Below are positions 42,880-54,421 of a DNA stretch of 64,000 nt, one piece after another. Under the pieces are notes generated by a model. The model searched no databases. It was not told the origin of the DNA and saw only the letters and a program-made list of their open reading frames with translations. Within the stretch, counting starts at the first letter, position 1; the number at the start of each line of letters is the position of its first letter. The position numbers were made by a program, and so were the translations under genes. The DNA comes from Kudoa neothunni (Eukaryota > Animalia > Cnidaria): assembly GCA_964304625.1 (NCBI GenBank), contig OZ199840.1, forward strand, positions 5,569,200 to 5,633,199, in the 5' to 3' direction.

Positions 42880-44145
42880 TAGGACCACAACGATTCTATT
42901 TGGATAAACACCATGTTAAATGTTATAATGTCTGTATACAACTAATCATCACTTTTGGTATGGTCTTTTGATATTAATACATTAATGGTCATTTAAAAAT
43001 AAACGAGATCGAAAATCGAGGTATTGATTTTAAAGGGTCTCACATTATCCATTCCACATCTATGCTCAGGATTCTCCGCGTACCACCGGAGCCGTTCATT
43101 AAACGTTAAAAAATTTCTATGCCCACCGATATAAATAATAACATTTAGATAGTTGAAATGTATAAAAAAGTTTTTCTGCAGTAACATAAAAATTCAAAAT
43201 CTAATAATCCCTAGACTATATGTATATATATATATATATATATGTATATTTGTCGTATTTCTGTCAACAGGGGAGATAAATAATAAAATCATGAATGTTG
43301 AGAATAAGAGAAAACCTTAGCTGTTAAAATATTAACAAGAAAATGCAAAAAATGAAGCAATAATAAAATAGTATATTTCTAATTTTTCACGCTATTCAAA
43401 GTATATACAGGCATAATTATTCTTGTTCTACGCATTCGCGCAAATTAACTTCACAATAATGTACCATTGATTTATTTTTATTAAATTTATTATGTTTTAA
43501 TATGTAAATGATTATGTTATTAACCTTAAGTGCAATAATTTTTATCATTTTATTACATTTTTTCTTGTGGTCACAATGACCACCTTCAGGTATTGTTGTT
43601 GATGTGACTTTTTTCCCTAGGTGTTCGAGGGTTAAAACATGCGAGCATCGAAAATAAAGTGCCAAAATGAGAATCGACCTATTTTCCTCTTTTCTATGAA
43701 TCTTCTCAAAAATGGATTTGTAGGCATCAAACACCACTAATAAAGTGCTGTTTATTTTCCCAATATATTCCAACTTAAATATTAATTGTACATATGCACC
43801 ACATTTTTTAATTCCATTAGCACCTACTTACTAATTACACATAAAATTTAACTCATAGAATCGGCAACAATTAATCATTCCTGAACACTACAAGCTCATA
43901 GATGAGCCAGAAAGAATAACTTAAAAAATACAAACTGAGCATTGCTTTATTTGTAGAACCCAAGAAAAACCTCCCTTTAAAAACTAATAAAACTCTTTCA
44001 TGCATCAGAATTAGAAGATTAGAGTAATAATAAATGAAAAAACAAACAAATTGTAAATCATCATAGACATAATCAGTGGGTGTTAATGTCAGAAACACGT
44101 ACCCCAAACTATCCCTATTAGACATATTATTGGAACTGTACACAT
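42880..44145 (-). CDS. Possible multi-exon gene of unknown function, partly hydrophobic (model unresolved)
   Basis: Several minus-strand ORFs (43871-44143, 43417-43773, 42993-43187) with splice-like flanks immediately downstream of PRP40. No consistent spliced frame was found. Confidence 0.3.
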
Positions 44146-44194
44146 GGAAAGTGCATCAAAAATGGCAGCGTAAATCGATAACGCCAAAAACAAT

Positions 44195-47100
44195 TCAGTC
44201 TCTAACTTTGCGTCGTTTTGAAGTATGATATCGATCTTCAGTTGAGGCATCCTAAAATATTCCGACAAAATCAACTACAGAAAATAAAACCAGCCTGCGG
44301 TTTACCATTGAACGTGAAACGGAACGATTGTTAGAACGATGACGTTTTATGGATTTTTTGTTTTCTTCTTTTTCCGTTCGCTATACGACCATTAAAGTTT
44401 GAGAGTGTGGAAAAATATTTACTTTTTTTATCTTATTTTTCAAATACTTAAAAATGTATTCCCCGTGTTCTTGAGTGATATTAAATTTGTCGGAGGCCAC
44501 CTAAATTCGAAAGCGTTCCAGTCCAAATCAACCATCAATGTATAGCTGTAAGTCATTACATCTTCATAACGAGTTTTTGAGCTGATTTCACTTTTGATCC
44601 CCTTCAAATAATCATAGAAATCAACATTTTCAGGTATGGATAAAATTTCTTTTTTCTAAAACCAAATTCCATATATTTATATTCAAAACGTATGTTAAAT
44701 ATAGAATGAACTCAATACTTTGTCTGCATTGTGTATCAGTACCATACGATAGATGAATATTTTGAACAGATCGACCACATTCGATCCTAATAATAGAACA
44801 GTATAAAATCGACACAAATGCAAATAATCTACTACCATGTTGATGATACATATCATTTACAATAGTGTTTTCTTTAAGCTGAGGCAAGATGTCCTTGAAT
44901 TTGGTGGTAAATTCAAGTTGGCCTTGTTTCTCCATAGATTTCAGCAAGTTCTATACAATTTAAAGTTAAGAGTGATATTAAAAATGTGAAAAATTCGACT
45001 ATTTGTTTTAACAAATTAGTTTAAAAAATATTTTTATCTTGGTTAAATTTGTTGGCGCCTTCACTGCTGTCATTAAATGCCAACTACAATTAAATGTAGA
45101 TTATTTGATTCTTCATATGCTCAAATAATCTAGCTTTGTTTTCAGATTAATTATAATAAACAAATATTAAAACAATTCTCTAATATATATTACAAACTTT
45201 CTGTATGTCAAATATTTATTAATGGAAGTGACTATTGGCTCGGTATAATATTCAGGGACGCTGGTTTGGACTTTATTTAATTATTCGCTATTCTCATGGA
45301 AACGAATAACTCCTCCGTTATAGAAGATATTTCATCTAATTTTTTATGTAAAATTTGTTTGAAAATTTGAAGAATAAAAATTCAACACATTGTCTGCCCT
45401 ATTTACACCTCATTTCACTACACTACACACACTGTTCATTAGTAGTACACTCACGTTTTTGAGTCTAATATTATGTAATATAAACATTATAATTGAAATA
45501 AAATGTAAACACATCTAATGATCTAATGATGGTTAGAAACCTTTAGTTTAATACGTCTCAACGCACGCAATAAAACTTAGAATAAGTCATCTCCAATCTA
45601 GATAGAAACACATAAGTTTCTATCTAAACATTTTTAATATAAATTTAACAAAATTATCGTTAATAAATGGATATTAATTGTATTCGAACTATTTTACATC
45701 GATATAAACCACTATTCATATGTATCTATAAGATTATACCATAATTTTGGGGAATTTTCGTTGTTACGTTCCTACAGATGTATAATGTATTTACTTTAAT
45801 CAGAAGTATGAGGAAGGTTGTTATGGTGCCTATTCGTGAATACCGAACCTATACATGTTAATTTAAACTTATTTATCGATTTTTAACAAGCAGGGTGATT
45901 TTAAATTTTCTGCATTAATTCCTCTGGTGGTGTCTCAATCTCAATGGGTAAATTTATAAAATGAAAATCTTTGAATGGTGATTTTGCTTTGATTTTTGTA
46001 AAGCGAGCCAACGAAGAAATGTAATAAGTATAATAAACAATGTTGGAGTTAAATAACGGTTAATTCGTCCTCGAGCATTTTGAATTGTTCCGAAAAATTT
46101 CATCTTAAGATTGCAAACATTTGCTTCCTGATACTGAGGAAGGGGTAATTTTAGTAGTTCAGAAAAATCAATTTTCACTCCAATGAAGAATTGATCAACT
46201 TATCCACTAGCTAAGGTTGTTTAGTTATGCGCCCAAAAAAATCACTCAAAAATAACCACATTCGAAATTTTAACCGTAAAATAATATTTTTTAATAAATG
46301 GTATTTTTATCTTACGAAAGCTTTAAATTCTCTTCTCCAACTGAATATAATATATAAACTTGTTCTACAGATTTCAGTTACTTCAAAGTTCTTTAAAATT
46401 TAGAAATAGAACCAGAACGCCCACAATCAAATATCAAATAGGATTCACACGCATATTCAGACGTGGTGGGGGAACAAGAACGCACGAACAGAACAATTTC
46501 TACTCACTAGTAAATGTTTTTACTTTTCATTTCAACCAAAATGTTTATATCACACAATATTCGATTTAAAAACGTGAGTGCACTACTAGTGAACAGTGTA
46601 GTGTAAATAGGGCGGGTAAAATGTCGGATTTTTATTCTTTAAATTTTCAAACAATTTTTACATATTAAATTAGATTACAACTTGTAAAATTGTCATGGCA
46701 AATATTTTTTAATAATAAAACAAAAAAATTACATAAAGCTGTCAAAGAAAATGAAAAAATGTTACATAGAATTATTTACATTAAGTTTTATAGCGATATT
46801 GATTTCGACATTTAAATTAGAATTTTTAGAGACCCAAATGACTCCTGTAATTAAGCAACAAATAACGCCGTTACATTAAATATTAGTTCAAATATTAGCT
46901 TAAAAATTAGCTCGAATATTAGCTTGAACATTAGCTCGAATATTAGCTTGAACATTAGCTCGAATATTAGCTTGAACATTAGCTCGAATATTAGCTTAAA
47001 AATTAGCTCGAATATTAGCTTGAACATTAGCTCGAATATTAGCTTGAACATTAGCTCGAATATTAGCTTGAACATTAGCTCGAATATTAGCTTAAAAATT

Positions 47101-48760
47101 AGCTCGAATATTAGCTTAAAAATTAGCTCGAATATTAGCTTAAAAATTAGCTCGAATATTAGCTTGAACATTAGCTCGAATATTAGCTTAAATATTAGTT
47201 CAAATATTAGCTTGAAGATTAGAGGTAGGGGGTAGGGGTGCGCAAGTTAAATTATAAAATTTCCCGCGAAATAAAAAGCTTGAACCCCATTTTTGTAAAT
47301 AAGATAATTACCCAATAGGCTTGTCGATTTTTTCGAGCCTTACGATATTCCAATTTTTTAGTTTCCTTGTTTGATTGCACCCATTCCTAACAACCACCGT
47401 AAAATATTCCTCAATGACAAATAAAACAAGTGTTGACAATTACTTCTTCTAAGGACTTTATATGGGTTTCAAAAACATCCAACACATCAATAATATCATT
47501 ATTAATGATATCTAAAACGGAGTTTATTTTCATATAGAACTGGTTTAAATTCGAACGAATTACTGGAGAGTTTGGCGTCATTTCTGTCGTTAGCATATTG
47601 TTCCAATGACGTCAAAAAATCTTTCCACCTAGATTGGATCGTCAGTTTTTTGTCGGCCCATTCTTCACCAGTTATAATCTTGGTGATGTGTGTTCGATTG
47701 AGATTGTGTAGTTGTCGCTCGGCATCTTTTTCATTACGATCTCGTCTACGAAGCGCTTCATGAAAAATATCTTTTCTTGTGCGTTCTGGCACTTTCAACC
47801 ATATCACTTCGCTTTGAAACACTTGGGCTGCTTTGTTGTACCGCATCGAACAAAATATGTTCGGATGACCAACCAAGAATTCAAACAAATTGGTTTCATT
47901 CTCTTTGGCCTGCTTTCGTTCAAGTTCTCGTTCGTCATTGATCTTCTGTTGTTTGTATGCGTTGAAAACTTGCTTTCTCTCATTGTTGTGTTTCAATGCG
48001 CTAATCCAAATCAATACCTATCACATTCATTTGATGAGCTACTACCCAAATCTAGGATCCTCAATTATGGTTTTTATCGCCACATCATAAGTGCAATTGC
48101 TTTGAATATTCTACAGCCGAGTTTCACATAAAAATATCACATCTCACATAATGATCGTACATATTCTTGAAGCAACGCACGAAAAGCTTGTTTAGCGTCT
48201 TCTTGTGTTTCGTATTGATCGGAATATCGTTTAAAAGTCGCTGCTCTATAACCAACCATCAATCAACTACCACTCAACTTTTAGATACTTTTCACATGGT
48301 GATACATCCTTAGGACTAGCTGAAACTGTATTTGCATTATCACCTTTCTTATTTGGTTGATCTCCATCTTCATCGGGAAGAGCTAAAAATCACATTGATC
48401 ATCAATTTCGAATTATTACCACTCTCACATTTGATATCTTCGATCTCTTTTGGAACAGTCCATGTGGTTTGGTTTGTGGTTGGGTTGTGGTAGTAAACTT
48501 TACCGTCTGCTGTTGTGTACTCTTTCCAGCCACACTTCTCCAGCATTTTCTAAATCCACATCAGAATCTCCAAATAAGCACACATTCTATTTACATCTTT
48601 TTTAGTTTTCAACTCCTCTGGTTTCTCCCACGTAGATGTTTTGGTGTCATTGTTGTAGTAGAAGGTTTTTCCGTTGTTGGACGCATGTACTGTCCAATTC
48701 GACGATGACTATAATTGATAAATTATTTATAATTTCTTGTGACTTCATTTTAAATACCAT
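44195..48760 (-). CDS. PRPF40: Pre-mRNA-processing factor 40 (two WW domains plus FF domains)
   Basis: ATG-only first exon (48758-48760). WW1 [26 protein letters not shown]; WW2 [26 protein letters not shown]; FF repeats ([15 protein letters not shown]; [11 protein letters not shown]). Basic RS-like tail ending [18 protein letters not shown]-stop. One 2.36-kb intron at 44951-47311. Confidence 0.92.
45334..46675. mobile_element. Foldback element with ~110-125 bp imperfect inverted repeats, inside the PRP40 intron
   Basis: 45334-45460 is the reverse complement of 46568-46675 (for example ACACTGTTCATTAGTAGTACACTCACGTTTTT versus AAAAACGTGAGTGCACTACTAGTGAACAGTGT). Confidence 0.7.
46879..47222. 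repeat. Minisatellite: 12-bp unit with 24-bp higher-order structure (~28-29 units)
   Basis: AATATTAGCTT(G/A) alternates with AA(C/A)ATTAGCTCG. Lies in the PRP40 intron and produces the spurious repeat ORFs on both strands. Confidence 0.95.
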
Positions 48761-49500
48761 TTTATATTTTCCTCCCACGACAGCTATATAAAAATAAACC
48801 GTGAGAAATGTGCCGCGCGCGCATCATACCATATGAATCATTTTGGCCGGCTAAATTCAAATCAATAATAATATCTAAATGATTGATACTATCTAATAGT
48901 ACATTATTTTAAAATATGGAAAGTCAAAATTGGGATTTATTCAAGTTATAATAATACATTCCTGATTCTTTATTATGAGATGAGACTTATTTTTCGTATT
49001 ATTTCATTGAAATGGATGTTTTAATCTACATTCTATTTTTTGTAACAGAAATCGATAATTAGTAGTTTAATAAACATTTTATAGCTATGTATTGATTGAA
49101 TATTTGATGTTGTAACGGCTTGTTGAGTTGGTCACTTTGGTACGATTTTTATTAGTACGTCAAAGTGGTTTATTTTAGTATTGTTTTTTTTTCAATTAAT
49201 CTTCCTAAAAATAATTATACAAATAAATATTATGTGTGATTAAAGAAGAAATATTGCTGGTGTAAATTGAAAAACATCAAGATTGTATTTTACCAGATTC
49301 CGGTCATATCGTGCCACTTTTAGTTGATTAATCTTAATCTCATGAAATTGTGTAAAAATTAAAAATCTAATAAATTCAAAGGATATAAAATGTAACAATT
49401 ATTATAAAAAACTTTGTGAATGATAGTAATAGCGAGTTATGATAAAATATTCGGAGGAAAATGATTTTCATCATTTAGGACTTAATTTAACCATCTAAGT

Positions 49501-50073
49501 CTAAGGAACTTTTTTTGACGAGAGAGCCACAAAGACCATAAATTTTTTAAAAACTAATTCCATGAGAGCCATACAACATGTTTTAAAATTAAAAAGAGAA
49601 GTACATCTGCGCGTTTTATATTATTTCAACACTTTTAAGTAAAACAAGTCATTAAATTCTTCTTAATTACATTGTTACGCTATTGTTAATCAATGATGAT
49701 TATTTCTCGGTATCATTGCGATTTCTGGTGCTGCATACGATTTGCAGTATGAGTAATAAGTGGGAAGATCAAGCTTCATGCAGGTGTGTTGAGACTTCAA
49801 TCCGATAAACGTGACCGTAGTTTAGTCTTCATGTCTTTTAGATGTAGAAAGACTGCTCACACGTATACGTAAAGCCAAACATTGCCATTATAACAGTATT
49901 CGTGAGCAGCAAGTTGTGATACTGCTGGTAACCGATTTTCAGTAGTGACCGTTTCGCATATTTGCAAAGAAGTTTAACGATGCATTTTTTGAAATTGAAA
50001 ATTTGTCATCGAGCCAGACGCAAACTTCCAAAAAGTCACATCGGAATCGCGAGCCATAGGTTCCCGACCCCTA
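49501..50073 (-). mobile_element. Buster/Charlie-type hAT deletion derivative
   Basis: TIR reverse-complements to TAGGGGTCGGGAACCTATGGCTC. Minus-strand hAT dimerisation remnant AMFGFTYTCEQSF...MKTKLRSRLSD (about 49800-49890). Repeated GAGCCA motifs. Confidence 0.75.
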
Positions 50074-50641
50074 ATATAATATAAGGATTTCGGGGTGATA
50101 GTCATCCCAAACAAGTTGTAATCTTACCATACATTGTTCCATTGTTTTTAATGCGTATGAAATTATTTCTGTACCTATAAATTTATTTTGACTAAAATTT
50201 GTAAGTGATTGGTTTGTACAAAAATATAGGAAGTCATTAAAAATTAAAAAACACCCTCCAAAGGTTCTGGGGTGAAATTCGCCCCACCATAATTATTACT
50301 TAATTAATTATTCATCCAATAAAGGTATTAATTGTTCCAAATTAATTCTATTTTAGCTCATTATATTAAATAAAATACATTTTAGTTACATTTTTACTTT
50401 TAAAATAGATTGTTTTATTTTTGTGCATCACCGATGAATTGGCAACTTATGTCGTATAATTTTTATGAGGAATATTAATTTGAGTAATGCAATTTGTTTC
50501 TCTGTATGTAATCTTTCAAACGATATAATATTTTACGAAAAAATTTAGTAAATTTTGTTGCTAAAATTTATTGAAAAAAACTCTAAAGTGAATCTCACAC
50601 CCAAAATCGTTGGAGATAGTTCATTTTTTGATTCCTTAGAG

Positions 50642-51326
50642 CAGTGGTTTCAACCTTTTTGGAATCGCTAAACTTCAATGAGATTAAAAAATTTTTCGCG
50701 GATCCCCACATATAAAATTAAACCTTAATAAATAAAATACAAGCTTTAAAATTTGCACGCGCGCTCACAAAAAAATAACAGAAATATTTTCAAAGTTTAT
50801 TTTGTATTCAAAATAAATAAAAACTAATGTGATATTTGTGATTGGTAACTTCGTATTACAGCTACAATATTTGGATATTTTTTGTCTCAATATTAAAGCG
50901 TCGAATCGAAAGCGATAACTTTTTGGATATTGTTCATAAATGAAAGCAAGCATTGGTCATTCAGTTTCTGTTGTTTCAATTGCGACAGAACAACACGATC
51001 CCTGATTTCGCAAAATGCTAATTATGCAGAAAATTTGTAAAGGAAAACAGACGAAACGATAGAAAAATTGGATGAAATTTGAGTTCTTGCATTAAAAAAC
51101 GAGTTCAGATTCTTAAAGCACTACAACCAACATTCGGGGAGGTTTTATCAAAGTGACAAGTTTAAATCTTTATTAATAAAATTTTTCTAAATTTAGGTAC
51201 TTATTATGAGAATAATAATTAATTAAAATGGACAAAATTGTTTATTTTCGACAGTGTCAAAATTTATTTAAATTTAGATGTCAATACAAAATTTTCATGT
51301 ATTCCTGCCACGGTTGGAAACTACCG
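50642..51326. mobile_element. hAT MITE with 8-bp TSD
   Basis: TIRs CAGTGGTTTCAACC and GGTTGGAAACTACCG. TSD CCTTAGAG (50634-50641) / CCGTAGAG (51327-51334) fits the NNNTANNN Buster pattern. Confidence 0.75.
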
Positions 51327-52899
51327 CCGTAGAGGGTTATTTAATTATTTATTCAAATGTTTTCTAATTGTAACTTTTTGAATATTAAATAAAGTATTTT
51401 CTCTGTATATATTAATAGAAACATAGCGAATTAAACATAATTTAATTTAGTGGTTGTATTTTAATGCAATATAATAGATGATAAAGTGGAGTTAATTTAT
51501 TAATTATTGAATTGTTTTTGATAAAAAAAAATATAAGCTAAATAAATATTTTGTTTCTTAAAAGAAAATTAAAATATTATGTGTTGAGAAAATGTCAAAT
51601 ATTTGATTAGAAACAATTGATTTAAATTGTTTCCCTTTTCTGGGACAGTCTTTTATAGCTATATACTATTAATTAATTGTTTATATTAAATTGAATTTAA
51701 ATAAAATTATTGATGTTGCTCAATAAATAATTATATAATGACTTTATTTGTTTTAAATTTAATAAATTTTCGGCTAGTTACTTGTTTAAATCAGAAAAAT
51801 TCATTGAAGAGTTTTTAAATAGGATTTTAGAAAATGATAATATTTATATGAAGTTAATTATGTTAAATTTACTATTTTGATACCAGAAATACTGCGATTT
51901 ATAACGAAATTAATAATTATATGTAAATGAAGTATAGAAACTCCATAAATTCAAAAGTAGCAATAAAAATTATCATTTCGATAGACTATGAAAATTCTAA
52001 TTAAATTTATTCATTTTAATATTATAAACATGAACATGCTACTTTCAGATAATAATTTACAATGAAATTACTATTTTTAGATGAAACCAAGTGCTTAAGT
52101 AATTTAATCCGCTTATCACATGAATAGTTATTTTCCTGTAGAGTTTGCAAATAATAATTTTATTCTAAAGTGTGCTTGAAATTTTCATTACCCTTTGATG
52201 CCCTTATCGTTTGCTAATGTCCAACTTAGGAGTTTAATTATATAATATATCGACTAAATATTGTGTAAATACTAAAAAAATTTTAATTAACAAAACAACC
52301 AATTTTAAAAATTTAAATTACTATTTGAATTAAAAAATGTCTTTATTAAGTAATTACAACTGGCGTGAAAATTTTATTGATTACTATAGTACTCAAGTGA
52401 AATTTAATTTAAAAAGTAAAATAATAAATATTTTTGTGTTTACAAACGAAACCATCTGATGACAGATAATAGTCGAAAATATTATTATTTTATTAAATAA
52501 TACTCATTATTATCATATTTTGATTAAATTGTATAAATTATCTAAATTTTTTATAAGTTAATTAACTTGAATATTAATATTAATCTTGAATAATAAAATT
52601 AAATTATTATAATTAAGTCGTTTTTGCGTAAAACTATCGTAGTTATAGCTTTTCATCTTGTTGTAATGTGAGCTCTAGCCCACTTTAGACTAACTACATT
52701 TCATTAACGTGAATATTTTCGCAGCAAAAAATATTATGTTAATTTAACAAAATTATTTTTAAACTCAACCAATATCTTCGAAAGTGACATTTTCCAAGAA
52801 ATAACTCCTATTTTTGAAAGTAAACTTTTAAGTTATTGTCTGCAACTTGGTTCGAAATATATTTAAATCCTTGGATCAAATCCATCCTTCCACCAATTG

Positions 52900-53260
52900 G
52901 GTTACCTTTCCTTCCCAAGGATTTTATTTTGTGGAAATCTTTCGCAAGAATATTAATAACCTTCAATATCGTTGAAAATAGAAAATTTAATAATTTTAAT
53001 GACTCTAAAACCCTTGGTTATTGTAATGAAACCTTGGTTTTACATGGCAATGCTTAATTTTTCTTTTCTTCAAAGGATCCGAAAAATTCCAGCATTGATT
53101 ATTGATATTCCACACCGAACTTTAAACAAAGCCACATTTACAGCGTTTGCTGTAAATATTATTGTATGGTTCTATCCTCGACTACTGGGTATAATAGAAT
53201 TAATAGTATTCATTAACGACAGAACGCCAATGAAATTGCAAATGATGTAGGACAACGGCA
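52900..53260 (-). pseudogene. IS630/Tc1-like DDE transposase remnant
   Basis: Minus strand IIPSSRG*NHTIIF...INAGIF...IAM*N..FH resembles the IS630-family segment VP..RG.N.S.I...G..N...F...VMDN..FH. Heavily decayed. Confidence 0.4.
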
Positions 53261-53391
53261 TTTTATTAGAGAAGGTTAGGTTACAGTACCTAAAATTTAT
53301 TGGGTTACTTGTACCCCAATTGGCATGGTGAAGCGACATCCTACTGGTTTTACAATATCACAATTTCTGTTCTTCAAATCGGTTTCCTCAT

Positions 53392-54421
53392 TATAAACCC
53401 CCCACAATAAATGCCGCATTATGTTGAATTTATTTTTAAAAACATGATAGAATTACCACACAGTATAATATTACTTCACCAACGGGATGCGGTACACAAA
53501 GCAGATTATTTAAGTGCATGCCGCGGGTTAGTTACGTGCTACTAGAAATGATATCACCTAGAAAGTCATTTGATGATGGTATTCTTAAAGAACCGACGAA
53601 TTGCATTAAATGTGAGGAAGCTAGATTTTCGCTTCGTCGAAAAAACTGGAGATGCCGCTTAAGAAACTGTAGGAAAGAAGTTTCAATCTTTGTATCAACT
53701 TTTTTTAACAACGTGAAACTAAAAGCCAATGATTTTTGGGAATTAGCTTACTATTGGTTGGTTGGCGTAAAATCTATCAATCTGATCACAATTACTGGAC
53801 ATTCTTCCAGAACAACCACTAATTATTGTCACTAACTTAGACAAATGGTGGCTGACAGCTTGGATTACGAAAACATTATAATTGATGGAGAGGGAATAAT
53901 GATGGGAATAGACGAGTCCAAGTTTGGGAAGGTGAAACATAATCGAGAACATGGTGTTAATGGAGGTTGCTGACAGAACCGCTAAGACTCTTATCCAAAA
54001 AATTAAAACGTACGTCCATCCTGGCTCTATTATCATAGTTGATTGCTTCAAGAGTTATGGAGCAAAACATAATTTCTACACTCACCTCATTGTAAATCAC
54101 AGTATAGAATATGTGAATAATACTACATGAGCTCATACAAACACCATCGAAGCCACTTGGGACCCCATCAAATATAAAAGATCACCAAGAAACAGGACAT
54201 CTTCGGTTAATGAAGATGGTTCTGTCAGTATGGAAAGTATCAACGAATTTCTCGATATATTTCAATGGAAAAGGAAAACAATAACGATTTATGAAATGGC
54301 TTCATATTATTGTTAAAAAAATTTAGTTTACTATAAATCAGATTTGTATTTGTTATGTTTTTCATATTTTATTTTTCGATTGATCTAATCTTATGTTAAT
54401 TTGAGATTAGGGGGGTTTATA
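53392..54421 (+). mobile_element. Second Merlin/IS1595-like element with a decayed, intronless transposase
   Basis: Motifs CIKC...WRCRLRNCRKEVSIF..TFF, YYW, GIDESKFGKVKHNR, VHPGSIIIVDCFKSY, VNHS and HTNTIEATW. 12-bp inverted TATAAACCCCCC at 53392-53403 / 54410-54421. Confidence 0.8.

Larger units (their letters stand above)
49491..51336. mobile_element. piggyBac-like non-autonomous element with hAT insertions at both termini
   Basis: Left end TTAA-CCATCTAAG; right end reconstitutes to CCTTAGAGGG-TTAT. GGGGTG..CCC subterminal palindromes at about 50092 and 50269. Confidence 0.55.

Noticed and set aside
46851-47235. Repeat proteins (FKLIFELI)n and (NISSNISL)n, or a CRISPR-like array
   Set aside because: These are stop-free readings of an intronic 12-bp minisatellite. 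There are no unique spacers and no cas genes, and the context is eukaryotic.
29548-48708. Plus-strand ORFs overlapping CTR9, mucolipin and PRP40 (and similar shadows over ArfGAP, Kunitz and RPL3)
   Set aside because: Antisense or alternate-frame shadows of real exons, with no independent motifs.
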